A DNA stretch of 64,000 nucleotides, taken from NCBI GenBank assembly GCA_002269645.1, contig NIVC01000843.1, forward strand, positions 62,001-126,000, in the 5' to 3' direction. Both the position numbers and the translations under genes were made by a program. Positions 50,614-64,000 of this stretch are shown here, piece after piece (the stretch's first letter is position 1; each line of letters starts with the position of its first letter). The stretch comes from Macrostomum lignano. Lineage: Eukaryota. The notes under the pieces are model-generated. The model was not told the origin of the DNA. It was given only the letters and a program-made list of their open reading frames with translations, and made no database searches.

Positions 50614-51608
50614 GGCGATTCCAATGACTTTTGTCATATTGATTTCTTGTAAAAAACTAGTATTTCGGTCTTAACCGATCACATTCTATATATTTTTAGT
50701 ATATATGCTCTCTATATCATATGACGAATTACAGATGTAAACGTTTAAATATATATATTTTATATACATTCCCAATTTTTATTGTTAGTGTCTTTTTAAC
50801 ACTTGGCAACGCACTGTGAATCGTTTTTTGACTCTCCTTATTCAAACAATGTAACAAATTTTAAAGTACATTGTGTCCTGTCAGTTGTAAGCCAGACTTT
50901 TTGACGTGTACTTTGTAATCCTAGGTCTTCTATCGTTTAAAAATAAACAAAGAAAATCGCCAGATGACCTGGCCTTTTAAAAAGAGTATGCCCTGACTTA
51001 GCTTCCTTTGTTTTGTCTTTAGTTACTAAGGCGTATTTTCTAAGGCGATTTTAAAGCAAGCTTACGCTATTTTTGTATTAACAGTGCACGCCTATATGAG
51101 AGTAGTTACGAGTAAAACGAGTAGTTAGGCTTGTAAAACGAATAGAATCAACCCTTGTAGAAAACTTCAATTTCGCGGTGCAAACTTGAGCTTGAGCTGT
51201 GTCGAGCAGCTCAAACAAAATAAGATGCGCATCGAGTATCAAACTAACAATAGGAGCTTTTCTCCTTAATAGCCCAAATTGCACCGCAGCTGTCATAAGC
51301 AATTTAATTCTCTCATTCGATGCTATACTTTCGATGTAGTCGTTGTTTTGGTTCAGTGCAAAGCCATCTTACAGAACAAATTGTAGCCCAGTTTTTTTCT
51401 GAACTCAACTCACATACTTTGTTTAAAAGTATTCATCATCATACTTAATATATTAAAAGTATATCTATGGCTATTAGCGTTTTAGCTACTACTAGTACGT
51501 AGCAGAAAATATTTTTATGCTACTGAAAACTCTTCTGTGTGAACATGTGTGATGGATTCATATCTGTTAGATATAGTTTTTATCAATCATTCGCCATCTT
51601 TGCAGAGC

Positions 51609-53233
51609 ATGCAGGCCCTGCTGTCTACAAACGCGTGGCCGGTCCGTTTGGTCCCAGTCGAGAACCGCAAAGCCGCTGTCACAGTCGCTGCCATTGCAGG
51701 CGCCTCGCTGGCCACCCTGTGGTTTGTGCGGCGTCTCAGGCGCCGTTCTCAACTGCCGCCAGGTCCGCGCGGATGGCCGCTGATTGGCAATGTCGAGCTG
51801 TTCAAAGCCACTGGCAGAGACGCTGTACTCGGTACAATTGACAGACTAGCGGAGAAGTACGGCGATATGACTACAGTCAAGTTTGGCGCTCTCTCGTTTG
51901 TATTGGTGTTCGATCCGAAGCTTGTTCAGGAAGGCTTGCTGAGCAAACAGCTGACTAACAGGTTCACGGGCTTCTACTCCTTGGACTACCTCACCGAGGG
52001 CATGAACAGCATCTTTGCCGCGCCAAATAGCGAGCGTTGGCGTTTTCATCGGAAAAGCTCCTACTCAGCCTTTAGGATGTTTGCTCAAGGCGAAAGACTC
52101 GAACAGTTTGTTGTGGACTCGTTTGATGGCGTTGTGAAGTACTTTTCAGGCCAGGAGTCGGAGTACAAAGACGTGTACGAAACTGTGTACCTGCTGGTCT
52201 ACAATCTGCAGTGCCGGATGACGTTCAGCTCGGAGTACACTCCAGACGATCCCGAGTTTATCTGGCTCCGAGAGACAATGGAGTTTTTAAACATCGGCTT
52301 TCAAAAAGGTGTAATTATTGACATCCTGCCCATTCTTCGGTTTCTTCCGTTCAAGAGCTGTCGCGGCTTCATTGATGCTACCGACGGTCTGCTGTCTTGG
52401 GCCAAGAAGCTGTGCGAGAAACGGAAGGCGAGCTTCAACCCGAGCGAGCTGAACGACATTTTGGACTTCCTGATTCAAGAGCAGCGACAGGCCATTGCGT
52501 CTGGCAATTGGTGAGAGCTTTTTCAATATACGAACGTATGTCAGTGCATTTGTCGGTACAAAATGTATCGAAAAAAATTTTCAGACACCTGTTCCAAGAT
52601 GTTCACCTTAGACAAACCCTTATCGACATATTTACCGCTGGAACAGACACTCTAGCTATGACCCTCTACTGGGTCATCTGGGGCCTGTGCAGCTTCCCAG
52701 AGATGCAGGAGCGCTGCTACACCGAGGTGAACTCAGTGTTCGGCGACTCAACTCCCAGAATGTCGGAGCGATACCGCCTGCCGTACACCGACGCTTTTCT
52801 GCACGAGGTGATGCGCTTCTGGCCTCTGGGTCCGCTGGTTCCTAGAGAGTGCTCTGAGGACTGCCAACTGGGTGGCTACCAGCTGCCTCGAGGCACCCAG
52901 GTGATGCTGTCGACTTACCGGTCCTCATTCGATCCGACAGCGTTTCCGGATCCGCACACGTTCAAGCCGGAGCACTTTCTCACCGAGAAGGGCGAGCTGG
53001 CGCCTCATAAGCAAGGTTATATGCCGTTCGGCGCCGGCACTCGGGTCTGCCTTGGCGAGTCGATCGCCAAGAAGACAACGTTTTTAATCACTACGCTGCT
53101 GATTCAATCTTTCAAGTTCGTTCAAAGCCCGGAGTGCAAGGACTTCGATGGTTATGGCGAAAACGCATCGCTACTGTTTGGTCTACCGAAGCGGTTCAAG
53201 GTTCGTGTTGTTCCGCGCAAGGCCGCTTGTTGA
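51609..53233 (+). CDS. Cytochrome P450, clan 2, paralog B; canonical splicing gives an in-frame TGA (possible pseudogene)
   Basis: Exons 51609-52510 and 52585-53233. Start MQALLS; motifs DIFTAGTDTL, EVMR, FGAGTRVCLGE. The junction codon is TG|A. Confidence 0.82.
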
Positions 53234-53872
53234 GGACTTTGTGGCTTCTTGATTGCAAGATGAAATTAAAGCTGACTTCAGTGTTTTAGCCTCAGTGCTT
53301 GTTGTTATCTATAAGACCGCTTTTTAAAATAAAATTCGGCTTTTACATTTCGACAAATGCTCGTCAATTAATAAAAAAATCGTTTTAACTTATTTAGTTG
53401 CATAAAAGAACCATAGCTTACACAACATTTTCGGCATGCTTGATGTTCTAATTGCTTCTATCTGACGTTTATTTCGTTTTTCAGATCGTGGGCTTTAGCC
53501 AAATATAGATTGTGTAGATTCTGTACTTGTTTTCCCATTTTAAGCTTCCGCTTGTCACTAGACATGACATTTATGTGTAATAAATTTGCAATATTTAAAT
53601 ACACTACATATTTACTCTATTAATCATTAAACATAATTAGTAGGAAATACACGAATTTCCTTTACCTTGGCATCCTCTTCAATAATTTTCGAACGATAAC
53701 TAGTTAGTTAACACAATATCGTTGTGTTAAATAAATTGTACCAAAAATTATAACAAATTTGAGCTTAGAAAATGAATGTGAAGAAAAATCTATCTAATTC
53801 AAATCAGTGTTTTCAAACAGCGGCTTTCAAATGTCTGAACGCGGTTGCTTTGTGTTTTGCATGCTGATAGGA

Positions 53873-55776
53873 ATGCAGAATTTTCTCAGCGTCTCTAAGC
53901 TAAACGAGTTCATCTCGACCAAAGAACCGCGCACTCTGATTGCCGGGGCGGCCACAGTGGCGGCTGTGTCCGCTGGAGCCATTTACCTTGCTAAGTACCT
54001 CAGGTACCGGCTTCGGTACAAACTGCCGCCCGGCCCGTTTGCCTGGCCTCTGGTTGGCACGCTCGAAGTGTTCAACACAAAGGGTCGCAAAGGTGCCAAA
54101 GAGTTGCCAGACAAACTGGCTGAAAATTACGGTGACATGGTTACAATTAGTCTGGGAAATACTCCCATGGTTCTTGTGCTCAACCCTGACCTGGTGCTAG
54201 AAGGCCTGCTCAGCAAGCAGTTGACCAGCAGATCCAGCGGCTTCTATTCGTTTACATACGCCACCGAGGACAAGAATGACATATTCGCGGCACCAAACTC
54301 CGAGCGGCTGCGCTACCATAGAAAGTCGGCATTCTCAGCATTCAGAGTGTTTGCTCAGGCCGACCGGCTGGAACAGTTTGTAGTGGATTCGTTTGACAGC
54401 GTGGCGGAGTACTTTGTTGACCAGAGCAACGAGCCGAGGGATGTCTACGAGACCGTCTATCTGCTGATCTACAACCTGCAGTGCCGCATGACCTTTAGCA
54501 CGGAGTACACGCCTCAAGATGCTGAGTTCCTTTGGCTGCGCAATAGCATAGAGGGGTTAAATCAGAGTGTTCAAAAAGGTCTACTGATTGATCTTCTTCC
54601 TTCATTGAGGTTCCTGCCTCTGCAGAGCACCCGCCGGTTCTACAAGCTCACGGACGGTCTGTTGTCCTGGGCCAAGGAGCTCTGCGAGAAACGACAGAGA
54701 AGTTTTAATCCTAGCGAGTTGAACGACATCCTCGACTTTCTAGTTAAAGAGCAGAGGGAAGCAGTTCAGGCTGGCCAAGGGTAAGAATTTAACGCCAACT
54801 TTCATCAAAATTATTGGCATGCCTTTTTAGCACCTAATGGTTGATTGGTAGAAGGCTGACGAACAGCTGGAAATCAGATCTTCCGGGTGTCCCATAAAAT
54901 GAGGTCACTTGATCTATAAATGGTGACTGTTTATCGTCCTTGAATCTCCTTGATATCCCTTTCAAAGCGATTCGATAATTAAAATAATCACATGTCTCTC
55001 CTGTTTTGAAATCAGTCTTGCTAAATAGTTTTCTGCTAGTTTTCATCGACCTTACAAAATGCGACATATACCAGCGTACAAGCATAAACAGAAACTGTGT
55101 ATAACAGTAAAAAATGCATTTATTTTGCAGCCATCTATTCCAAGATGTCCACCTGCGTCAAACTCTTATGGACATTTTCACGGCTGGCACGGATACCACT
55201 AGCATGACCCTATACTGGATGGTTTGGGCCCTCTGCGACAATCCAGAGATGCAGGAGCGCTGCTACGCCGAGGTGAACTCGGTGTTCGGTGACTCAACTC
55301 CGAGAATGTCAGAACGACATCGCCTGCCGTACACCGACGCATTTCTGCACGAGGTGATGCGCTTCTGGCCTCTGGTCACCATGATACCGAGAGAGTGCTA
55401 CGAGGACTGCCAACTGGGAGGCTACCAGCTGCCCCGAGGCACCCAGATGATGCTGTCGACTTACCGGTGTCACTTCGACCCGAAAAACTTTCCGGATCCG
55501 CACACGTTCAAGCCGGAGCACTTTCTCACCGAGAAGGGCGAGCTGGCGCCTCATAAGCAAGGATTTATGCCGTTTGGCGCCGGCACTCGGGTCTGCCTTG
55601 GCGAGTCGATCGCTAAGAAGACAACGTTTTTAATCACTACGCTGCTGATTCAATCGTTCAAGTTCATCCAGTGTCCTGAGTACAAAGGCTCAGATGGTTA
55701 CAGCGACGATGCTATCATACTGTTTGCGCTGCCCAAGCGATTCAAGGTTCGCGTTGTGCCACGCAAGAGTGCTTAA
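53873..55776 (+). CDS. Cytochrome P450, clan 2, paralog C (intact)
   Basis: Exons 53873-54780 and 55131-55776 (junction GG|C). Start MQNFLS (upstream in-frame ATGs exist), TM anchor, LPPGP, DIFTAGTDTT, EVMR, FGAGTRVCLGE. Confidence 0.92.
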
Positions 55777-57096
55777 CTTGACTGTACTTAGAAAGTCTAC
55801 AATAATTCTTTGACATTGATTGTGGTCCCAATTGTAGCCAAAATGTCCTTAATCATAATTTTTACTGACATTACGACCGCAAAATTTCGGTGCTTTCAGT
55901 CCATTGTTTTTTTAAAATGCAGAAATGACAAGTCATAGGTGTGAAGAATATCTGAGTTTGGTTCCTGGTGCTTGGAAATTTTATGCCAATTTTCTGTATA
56001 GCTACAAATCTTTTCGCCATATCATGTACACTCGTTCTATACAGAGATCGTACATGTAGTATTGTTTTTTTTTGTTTTTCGTCATTAAATCATGAAGCTG
56101 ACTAGCAACCTGAAAATTGCAAATCGATTTCTAGTGAAAAAAAATGTTTCAAAATTTTCTGTTCCAGTGCCTAGGGCTTGAAAAAACCGCTAGATGAATC
56201 AACCAACTTTCTTTTTCATTCTATAAAATTCCCATCTTTCCAAATTTTCATACTATTCGAATTTCACAAAAAAAACGGAAAAATACGTGAGCAAATTGCA
56301 TTGTTGCTTTCACGAGGTTCTTACGAAAAGGATCAACATCCATCAACGTGGCAGCATCAATTCACACATCCATGAGGGATAGCCTTTTCAGTGCCTAAAA
56401 TAAATAATTGTACATTCTGTACTCGGAAGTTGAGCGTAGAATATTCATTGAAATTATTAACGGTTTTTACAACCATTTTTATTAAAATTAAGACACGGTG
56501 TTTGATGTAGTTATTCTGCTTTCTTATTTCTGATTTTGGGGGGGGGGGGGTTCGGGGGCTTTTTACATTATATCAGTACATCGACATCATATGTCGGCTA
56601 AACGTCGGTGCAACTTGAAAGTAAATATTTGTCAGCGACGTCGGGTGTTTGGCGGTCACTATAGAGCCACTCTGTCAGCCTGATGACAGTCAATCAACTA
56701 GCTATACTTACTAATTAAATCTTTGCATCACAACGTTCAATCTTAAGGCTTCTGCAGTGTGTGTACATACGAAAAACAGCTATAATTTGGCTACTCAGAT
56801 ACTAAAGTCCTGACACAGAGAGGGGGGCAGAGAGCACACAAAATCTCTGCGCAATCGATCGCAAACTGCAGAAGGGGCAGAGCGCGAGCGAAGGCAAATA
56901 GTTCGGGCTGGGGCTGAGGGAGACTTTGAGAGTAATGGTCGCTGCTTAATCTAACGATAAGGTTGCTATGTTAAGAGCGATACTCGCTAGGGCTTGAATG
57001 GTATAGGGAGCCAAGTCTACAAGTTTCTTCAGAGTAAGCAACTCAAAATAGTTAGCAGCTAGCAGCAGACCAGCACAAACTGATCACTACTGAGCC

Positions 57097-59115
<2,019 letters not shown>

Positions 59116-59360
59116 ATACAGTTTAATAGCTCTCGAAACTACTTTTTACTAAACCTGTTTAGCATTGCTCATGGACCAGTAAACTAGCTTATTGTTATTT
59201 TAAAATCCCTTAATACAAACGAGACTATGCATCGAATGAATTGCCTTATTCGACGTTTTAATGGCAATAAAAATCCTGTCTAAAGTTTTCCTTCTTACGC
59301 TGAAAGATGAATGAAGCAATTGAGAAGGCTAATTATATATTGGCAAATTAAGTATTTTTT

Positions 59361-59657
59361 TAATAATAATAATAGAATTGATTACACCTGCCCTATTGGG
59401 CTATGTGCAACCGAAAGCTCAGCCGCAGCTACTACGCAGCGCATCTGAAGACTGCGTACGGCTGTTCAGTCCAAGGACTGGTGGGGGTGGGGTCGCCACG
59501 CAAACCCTCAATTACCCCAGCTAATACTTTTTTACAGCTAAAATGCTATTTTACAGCTGGGTGAACTGAAGCAATGCAGAGTTAAGTGTCTTGCTCAAGG
59601 GCACAAAGTGTTTTCCAAGTGGGTCGAGAATCGAACCCCCGACCTTTCAGTACTAAG
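59361..59657 (-). mobile_element. CORE-like SINE family 2, second copy
   Basis: Colinear with 20800-21040. Minus strand GGTTCGATTCTCG...TTGTGCCCTTGAGCAAGACACTTAACTCTGCATTGCTTCAGTTCACCCAGCTGTAAAAT, with a (TAT)n-like tail near 59361-59373. Confidence 0.8.
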
Positions 59658-60718
59658 TGAGCCTGCTCTATAAATTTGTTTGATCTATTAAGAACGCTCT
59701 AGAGCGATTTGATAGATTGAATTCAAGGCAGTTAAATATTTATTTTTGATCAGCAATCTTTCATCAATAAATAGCAACTTCTGTCATAGTAATGTCTAAT
59801 GTATTTTTGCACCACCGAGAAATTCTAAAATCATAAAACAATTCCGAAGTACATAACATATGCAATATGATAAATACGTTTCTTAAATAAAAATTCGAAA
59901 AGAAATTGTACTACTGAGATCATTTAAGGGAACCAAGATGCATATAAAAGATGTTATGTTACAATAAATCAGATAGTGGAGGAAAATATCAGGTTTTGTC
60001 GTACACGAATTCATAAATTTTTATAGGCTAAAATGTTTATAAACTAAGCTAAATAAACAAAAAATGGTGTGTGTCGATGCAGTCTGCCATAGGTTTCGCT
60101 TTCATTGTGCCAATGCTGCTGATATTTATTGATAGCGTTTACCCACGCGAATAAGGCAGGCAGTGAGGCAGTGAGCTGTCGGAGCGACTCCTTAAACGAC
60201 GAAGTCTTTGATATGCCTGGCAAAAGTGACCATCTGATTTTTCAGACGATGGTTGTGAGCGGTGCATCGGAAATTATTTTATAAATTGCATCACGTGCCA
60301 CTTGCGTGTAACTTATTTGTACAGTAAATCAAACCTATCCCTTTGTTAATTGGCTCGTGCGAAGGTCACTGTCCAATGTGTCATCTATTTTTAGCAACAA
60401 TCAGCAAACGTCCTAAAATGAAGACTTCTGATTGGCTAACGTCAAGGTCGCAAATTTTTTCTTAGCGTGGTCTATTTTTAGTAAAATTTGTCTATTTAAT
60501 TTCTACCGCGCAAAATTTCATTTTATATTGCAGGGAAGATTCCTAATAGCACTATTTTTAGTTTTATTTTTATCGAGTAGACTTAAAAATAAAACTAGAG
60601 GCTTCTAATAAAACAATGAAAAAGTGAAAAAACGCGGACAGGACACCTTCATACAAATGAAATTTTAACTACAGAAGAATGGAAGAGACGTCGTTCGCAG
60701 TTTTACAGGTGAACAGTT

Positions 60719-61883
60719 CTAAGTTCCCCTGTTCTGTCGAACCGAAGTCACTCTGCTATTGTTGCTGTTGCTGCTGTTGACCTGATACTGTTGCTGCTGC
60801 TGAGCCTGCGACTGCTGATGCTGCTGCTGATGCTGCGCTCTTCTTTGCCGATGTCGAGCCGCCGCCGCCGACACTGGAATGCCGCTGCCGCTGACTCCGG
60901 CCAGCGGTGACAGCGGTGGCTGCGGTTGAGGTTGCTGTTGCGGCGTAGTTTTAGAGGCCGCAGTTGCCTGTGCTGCTAACTTTGGCAGGGCCTGCGACTG
61001 CGGAGGCGGCTGCGGCGTCGGACGCGCACTCGGCGGCGGCGGTGGCGGCGGTGGAGAGCTGGTTGACGCCGACGACGAGTCCGCGCCTCCGCCTCCGTCG
61101 CCTTCGTCGCCACTGCAGAATCGACGTCGCTCTATGCGAACTGGCGGCGGGGCTGACGCTGCTGTCGTAGCCTTCCCTGCTGCTGCTGCCGCGGCCGATG
61201 CGTTACTCTCTTCTTCTTCTTCGTCCGCAGCATCGTCATCGTCAGGGTTTGCATCGTCTTCATTGTCCACCGCGCAGCTGGCGCTAGAGGAGTCATCTGA
61301 CAAGATTAGAAACCGATCGCCCAACAGTTCAGTGTCACTACAGACGGACGGTCGATTAAGCCGCACACGGTGCCTTTGCAATCGGTCTCTGGCTGTTAGA
61401 AACGTTTCCAAATCCAGGGCGTGCGGCGGCGTTGCCAGTGCCAGAGGGAGCAGATCGTCTATCGGGCTGCCAGCTGCACCAGCGGCGGTAGCGGCTGCTG
61501 CTGCAGACGGTCCTTCGGGCACCGCCGGTCCAGCAGCTGACTTTCCAACTCCAGACGACGCCAAATTTGTTGCGGCCGTGGCGTTGGCCGTCGCTCCACC
61601 ATCCGGCGGTTCCCGCGAGAACTCCAAAGTATAGTACAGTTTCTCTGCGCCTGCAGCTGTCGTGCTGTTGTTGGCTTGGCTAGGAGCTGCAGTCGATGAC
61701 TGTGGCTGCTGCTGTTGTTGTTGGGGAGGGTTGCGGCCCGGTGCTGGAGGGAACAGCGCCGGCGGGCACTGCGAGTAGGTGTACGCATCGCCTGATAGTC
61801 GAGACACGGCTGCCTGCAATGCTGCCAGACGATCGGAGTCACGGGCAACGATTCCTGCTCTTTGCTGTTGTTGCTGTTGTTGC

Positions 61884-61915
<32 letters not shown>

Positions 61916-63045
61916 CTGTTGCAAACGGAGGCAGCCTCTTTCCTGGAGGAATTGCGGCTCAATTGTGTGAGTGAGGAGGCTGACTAAGCCTGTGGTCAGC
62001 TGTTGGTTGACCCGCTCCACTTCCGATAGCCGCTCGCGCAGGTAGCGACATTCGTCTGTTAGATTCTGGGAAGGGAAAATGGTTTTGGCATACTACTAGA
62101 TAGTAGCAATGATCGAAAGTAGCTGAATAAATATAGTAAAATACACTATTGTGTACAATATGGTACTGTTTTCATTATAAACAGTGAAAGTAAAACAGTA
62201 ACTTCTGTACTTAAGCCATACCGTGCACACACCTGCGATCTACTCGTGTACACAAATGTGATCTACTCGTGTACACAACTGTGACCTACTCGTGCACACA
62301 CCTGCGATCTACTCGTGTACACAATTGTGATCTACTCGTGTACACACCTGCGATCTACTCGTGTACACAACTGTGACCTACTCGTGCACACACCTGCGAT
62401 CTACTCGTGTACACAACTGTGACCTACTCGTGTACACATCATGTTAGTAAACTAGCACTCGTGTACACATCATGTCAGTCAACTAGCACTCGTGTACACA
62501 TCACGTTAGTCAACTAGCACTCGTGTACACATCATGTTAGTCAACTAGCACTCGTGTACACATCATGTTAGTCAACTAGCACTCGTGTACATATCATGTT
62601 AGTCAACTAGCACTCGTGTACACATCATGTTAGTCAACTAGCACTCGTGTACACATCACGTTAGTCAACTAGCACTCGTGTACACATCATGTTAGTCAAC
62701 TAGCACTCGTGTACACATCATGTTAGTCAACTAGCACTCGTGTACACATCATGTTAGTCAACTAGCACTCGTGTACACATCATGTTAGTCAACTAGCACT
62801 CGTGTACACACCATGAATGCTCGTACAAACCATGGCAGTGATAATTGCACCAGGCCCCATACCTTCTGAATGAGAGTGTTCTGAATCAGCTGGCTTGCCA
62901 GTTCATCCGTGAAGCGGCCAGCCTGCAGCAGTTCCTGCCTGAGCAGAGCGTTCTCCCGCTCAGCCGATTGCAGACGCTGCTCGCACCCGATTCGTTCAAG
63001 ACGATCCAATCGAGTTTTTGCCGTTGCACCGCTCGATGAGGCAAC
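60719..63045 (-). CDS. NCKAP5/NCKAP5L-like coiled-coil protein with low-complexity tail (5' partial)
   Basis: Exons 62863-63045 and 60719-62065 (phase 0). Spliced ENALLRQE...DELASQLIQNTLIQKNLTDECRYLRERLSEVERVNQQL resembles the conserved N-terminal coiled coil of NCKAP5/NCKAP5L, followed by polyQ and Ala/Pro/Ser-rich sequence. Family call is from memory of the motif. Confidence 0.6.
62222..62810. repeat. Two-part minisatellite (23-bp then 31-bp units) sharing CTCGTGTACACA
   Basis: Direct reading. Confidence 0.95.
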
Positions 63046-63109
63046 CTGCATGACGTATAAGGAATAAGAATGGGATTTTAGGTAATGGACCCATACCAGA
63101 CCCGATAAC

Positions 63110-63720
63110 AACGTAACCCACACCCCCTGTTACAGTAGCTCACAACCTAAAAAACAGAAACCCACACCCCCTGTTACAGTAGCTCACAACCTAAAAAACA
63201 GAAACCCACACCCTAGAGCGCCGAAACCCACACCCTAGAGCACCAAAACCCACACCCTAGAGCACCGAAACCCACACCCTAGAGCGCCGAAACCCACACC
63301 CTAGAGCACCAAAACCCACACCCTAGAGCACCGAAACCCACACCCTAGAGCGCCGAAACCCACACCCTAGAGCACCAAAACCCACACCCTAGAGCACCGA
63401 AACCCACACCCTAGAGCACCGAAACCCACACCCTAGAGCACCGAAACCCACACCCTAGAGCACCGAAACCCACACCCTAGAGCACCGAAACCCACACCCT
63501 AGAGCACCGAAACCCACACCCTAGAGCGCCGAAACCCACACCCTAGAGCGCCGAAACTCACACTCTAGAGCACCGAAACCCACACTCTAGAGCACCGAAA
63601 CCCACACCCTAGAGCACCAAAACCCACACCCTAGAGCACCGAAACCCACACCCTAGAGCACCGAAACCCACACCCAAGAGCACAGAAACCCACACCCAAG
63701 AGCACAGAAACCCACACCTA
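63110..63720. repeat. 22-bp minisatellite CCCTAGAGCACCGAAACCCACA
   Basis: Direct reading. Confidence 0.95.
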
Positions 63721-64000
63721 AGAACAAGTTAAAGAACATTTGCTGCCTCTATAGTTAATGTAGATCAATATTGAATTGAATATCTGGACTGCCGATGTTT
63801 GTCTCGACACAGACCAGACTCTCTTTTCAAGTTGTCCTTAAATTTGGTTGACTTCGGTCTAGCAGAGGCATGGCCCGCTAATTAGTCATTAACTTCCAGA
63901 GCTTCACCTCGCGGAGGATTGTAAAATTTGTAAAACCTGAAATTCCGAGCAGCGCCGAATCTGCTATCAAAATTCTACTCTGCGTTCGATAAATAAGAAA

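Noticed and set aside
52500-53400. Selenocysteine recoding of the P450-B TGA
   Set aside because: The homologous residue is Gly, not Cys, in a non-catalytic loop, and I see no SECIS-like hairpin downstream. A nonsense change or error is more parsimonious.
56960-56980. RFX X-box upstream of CAPSL (GTTGCTATGTTAAG)
   Set aside because: Only the left half matches the consensus, and no matching box was found at CFAP99.

Overview
Eukaryotic (metazoan) genomic DNA with GC-rich exons and AT-rich or minisatellite-filled introns. About 24 kb of the 64 kb is tandem repeat by hand tally. Gene set and repeat style suggest a lophotrochozoan, probably a free-living flatworm such as Macrostomum (inference). 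Hand-spliced gene models with consistent intron phases, in order: CMTR1 3' part (+); a TIR-domain protein with a C-terminal RHIM motif, i.e. TRIF/TICAM-like architecture (+); a DUF4807-like protein (+); a compact 53BP1 with tandem Tudor and tandem BRCT (+); SMOC-like Kazal-TY-EC-TY-EC (-); CFAP99 (-); three tandem clan-2 cytochrome P450s (+); calcyphosin-like (+); and the 3' part of an NCKAP5/NCKAP5L-like coiled-coil gene (-). Of the P450s, one is split by a 1050-bp foldback transposon and lacks its ATG, one has an in-frame TGA formed across its splice junction, and one is intact. Also present: two tRNA-derived SINE families (two copies each), candidate non-autonomous DNA transposons, and about 30 distinct mini/microsatellite arrays. 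The top lead is the TIR-RHIM adaptor, a possible amyloid-based innate immune or cell-death signalling component. Most long ORFs in the supplied track are repeat artefacts.
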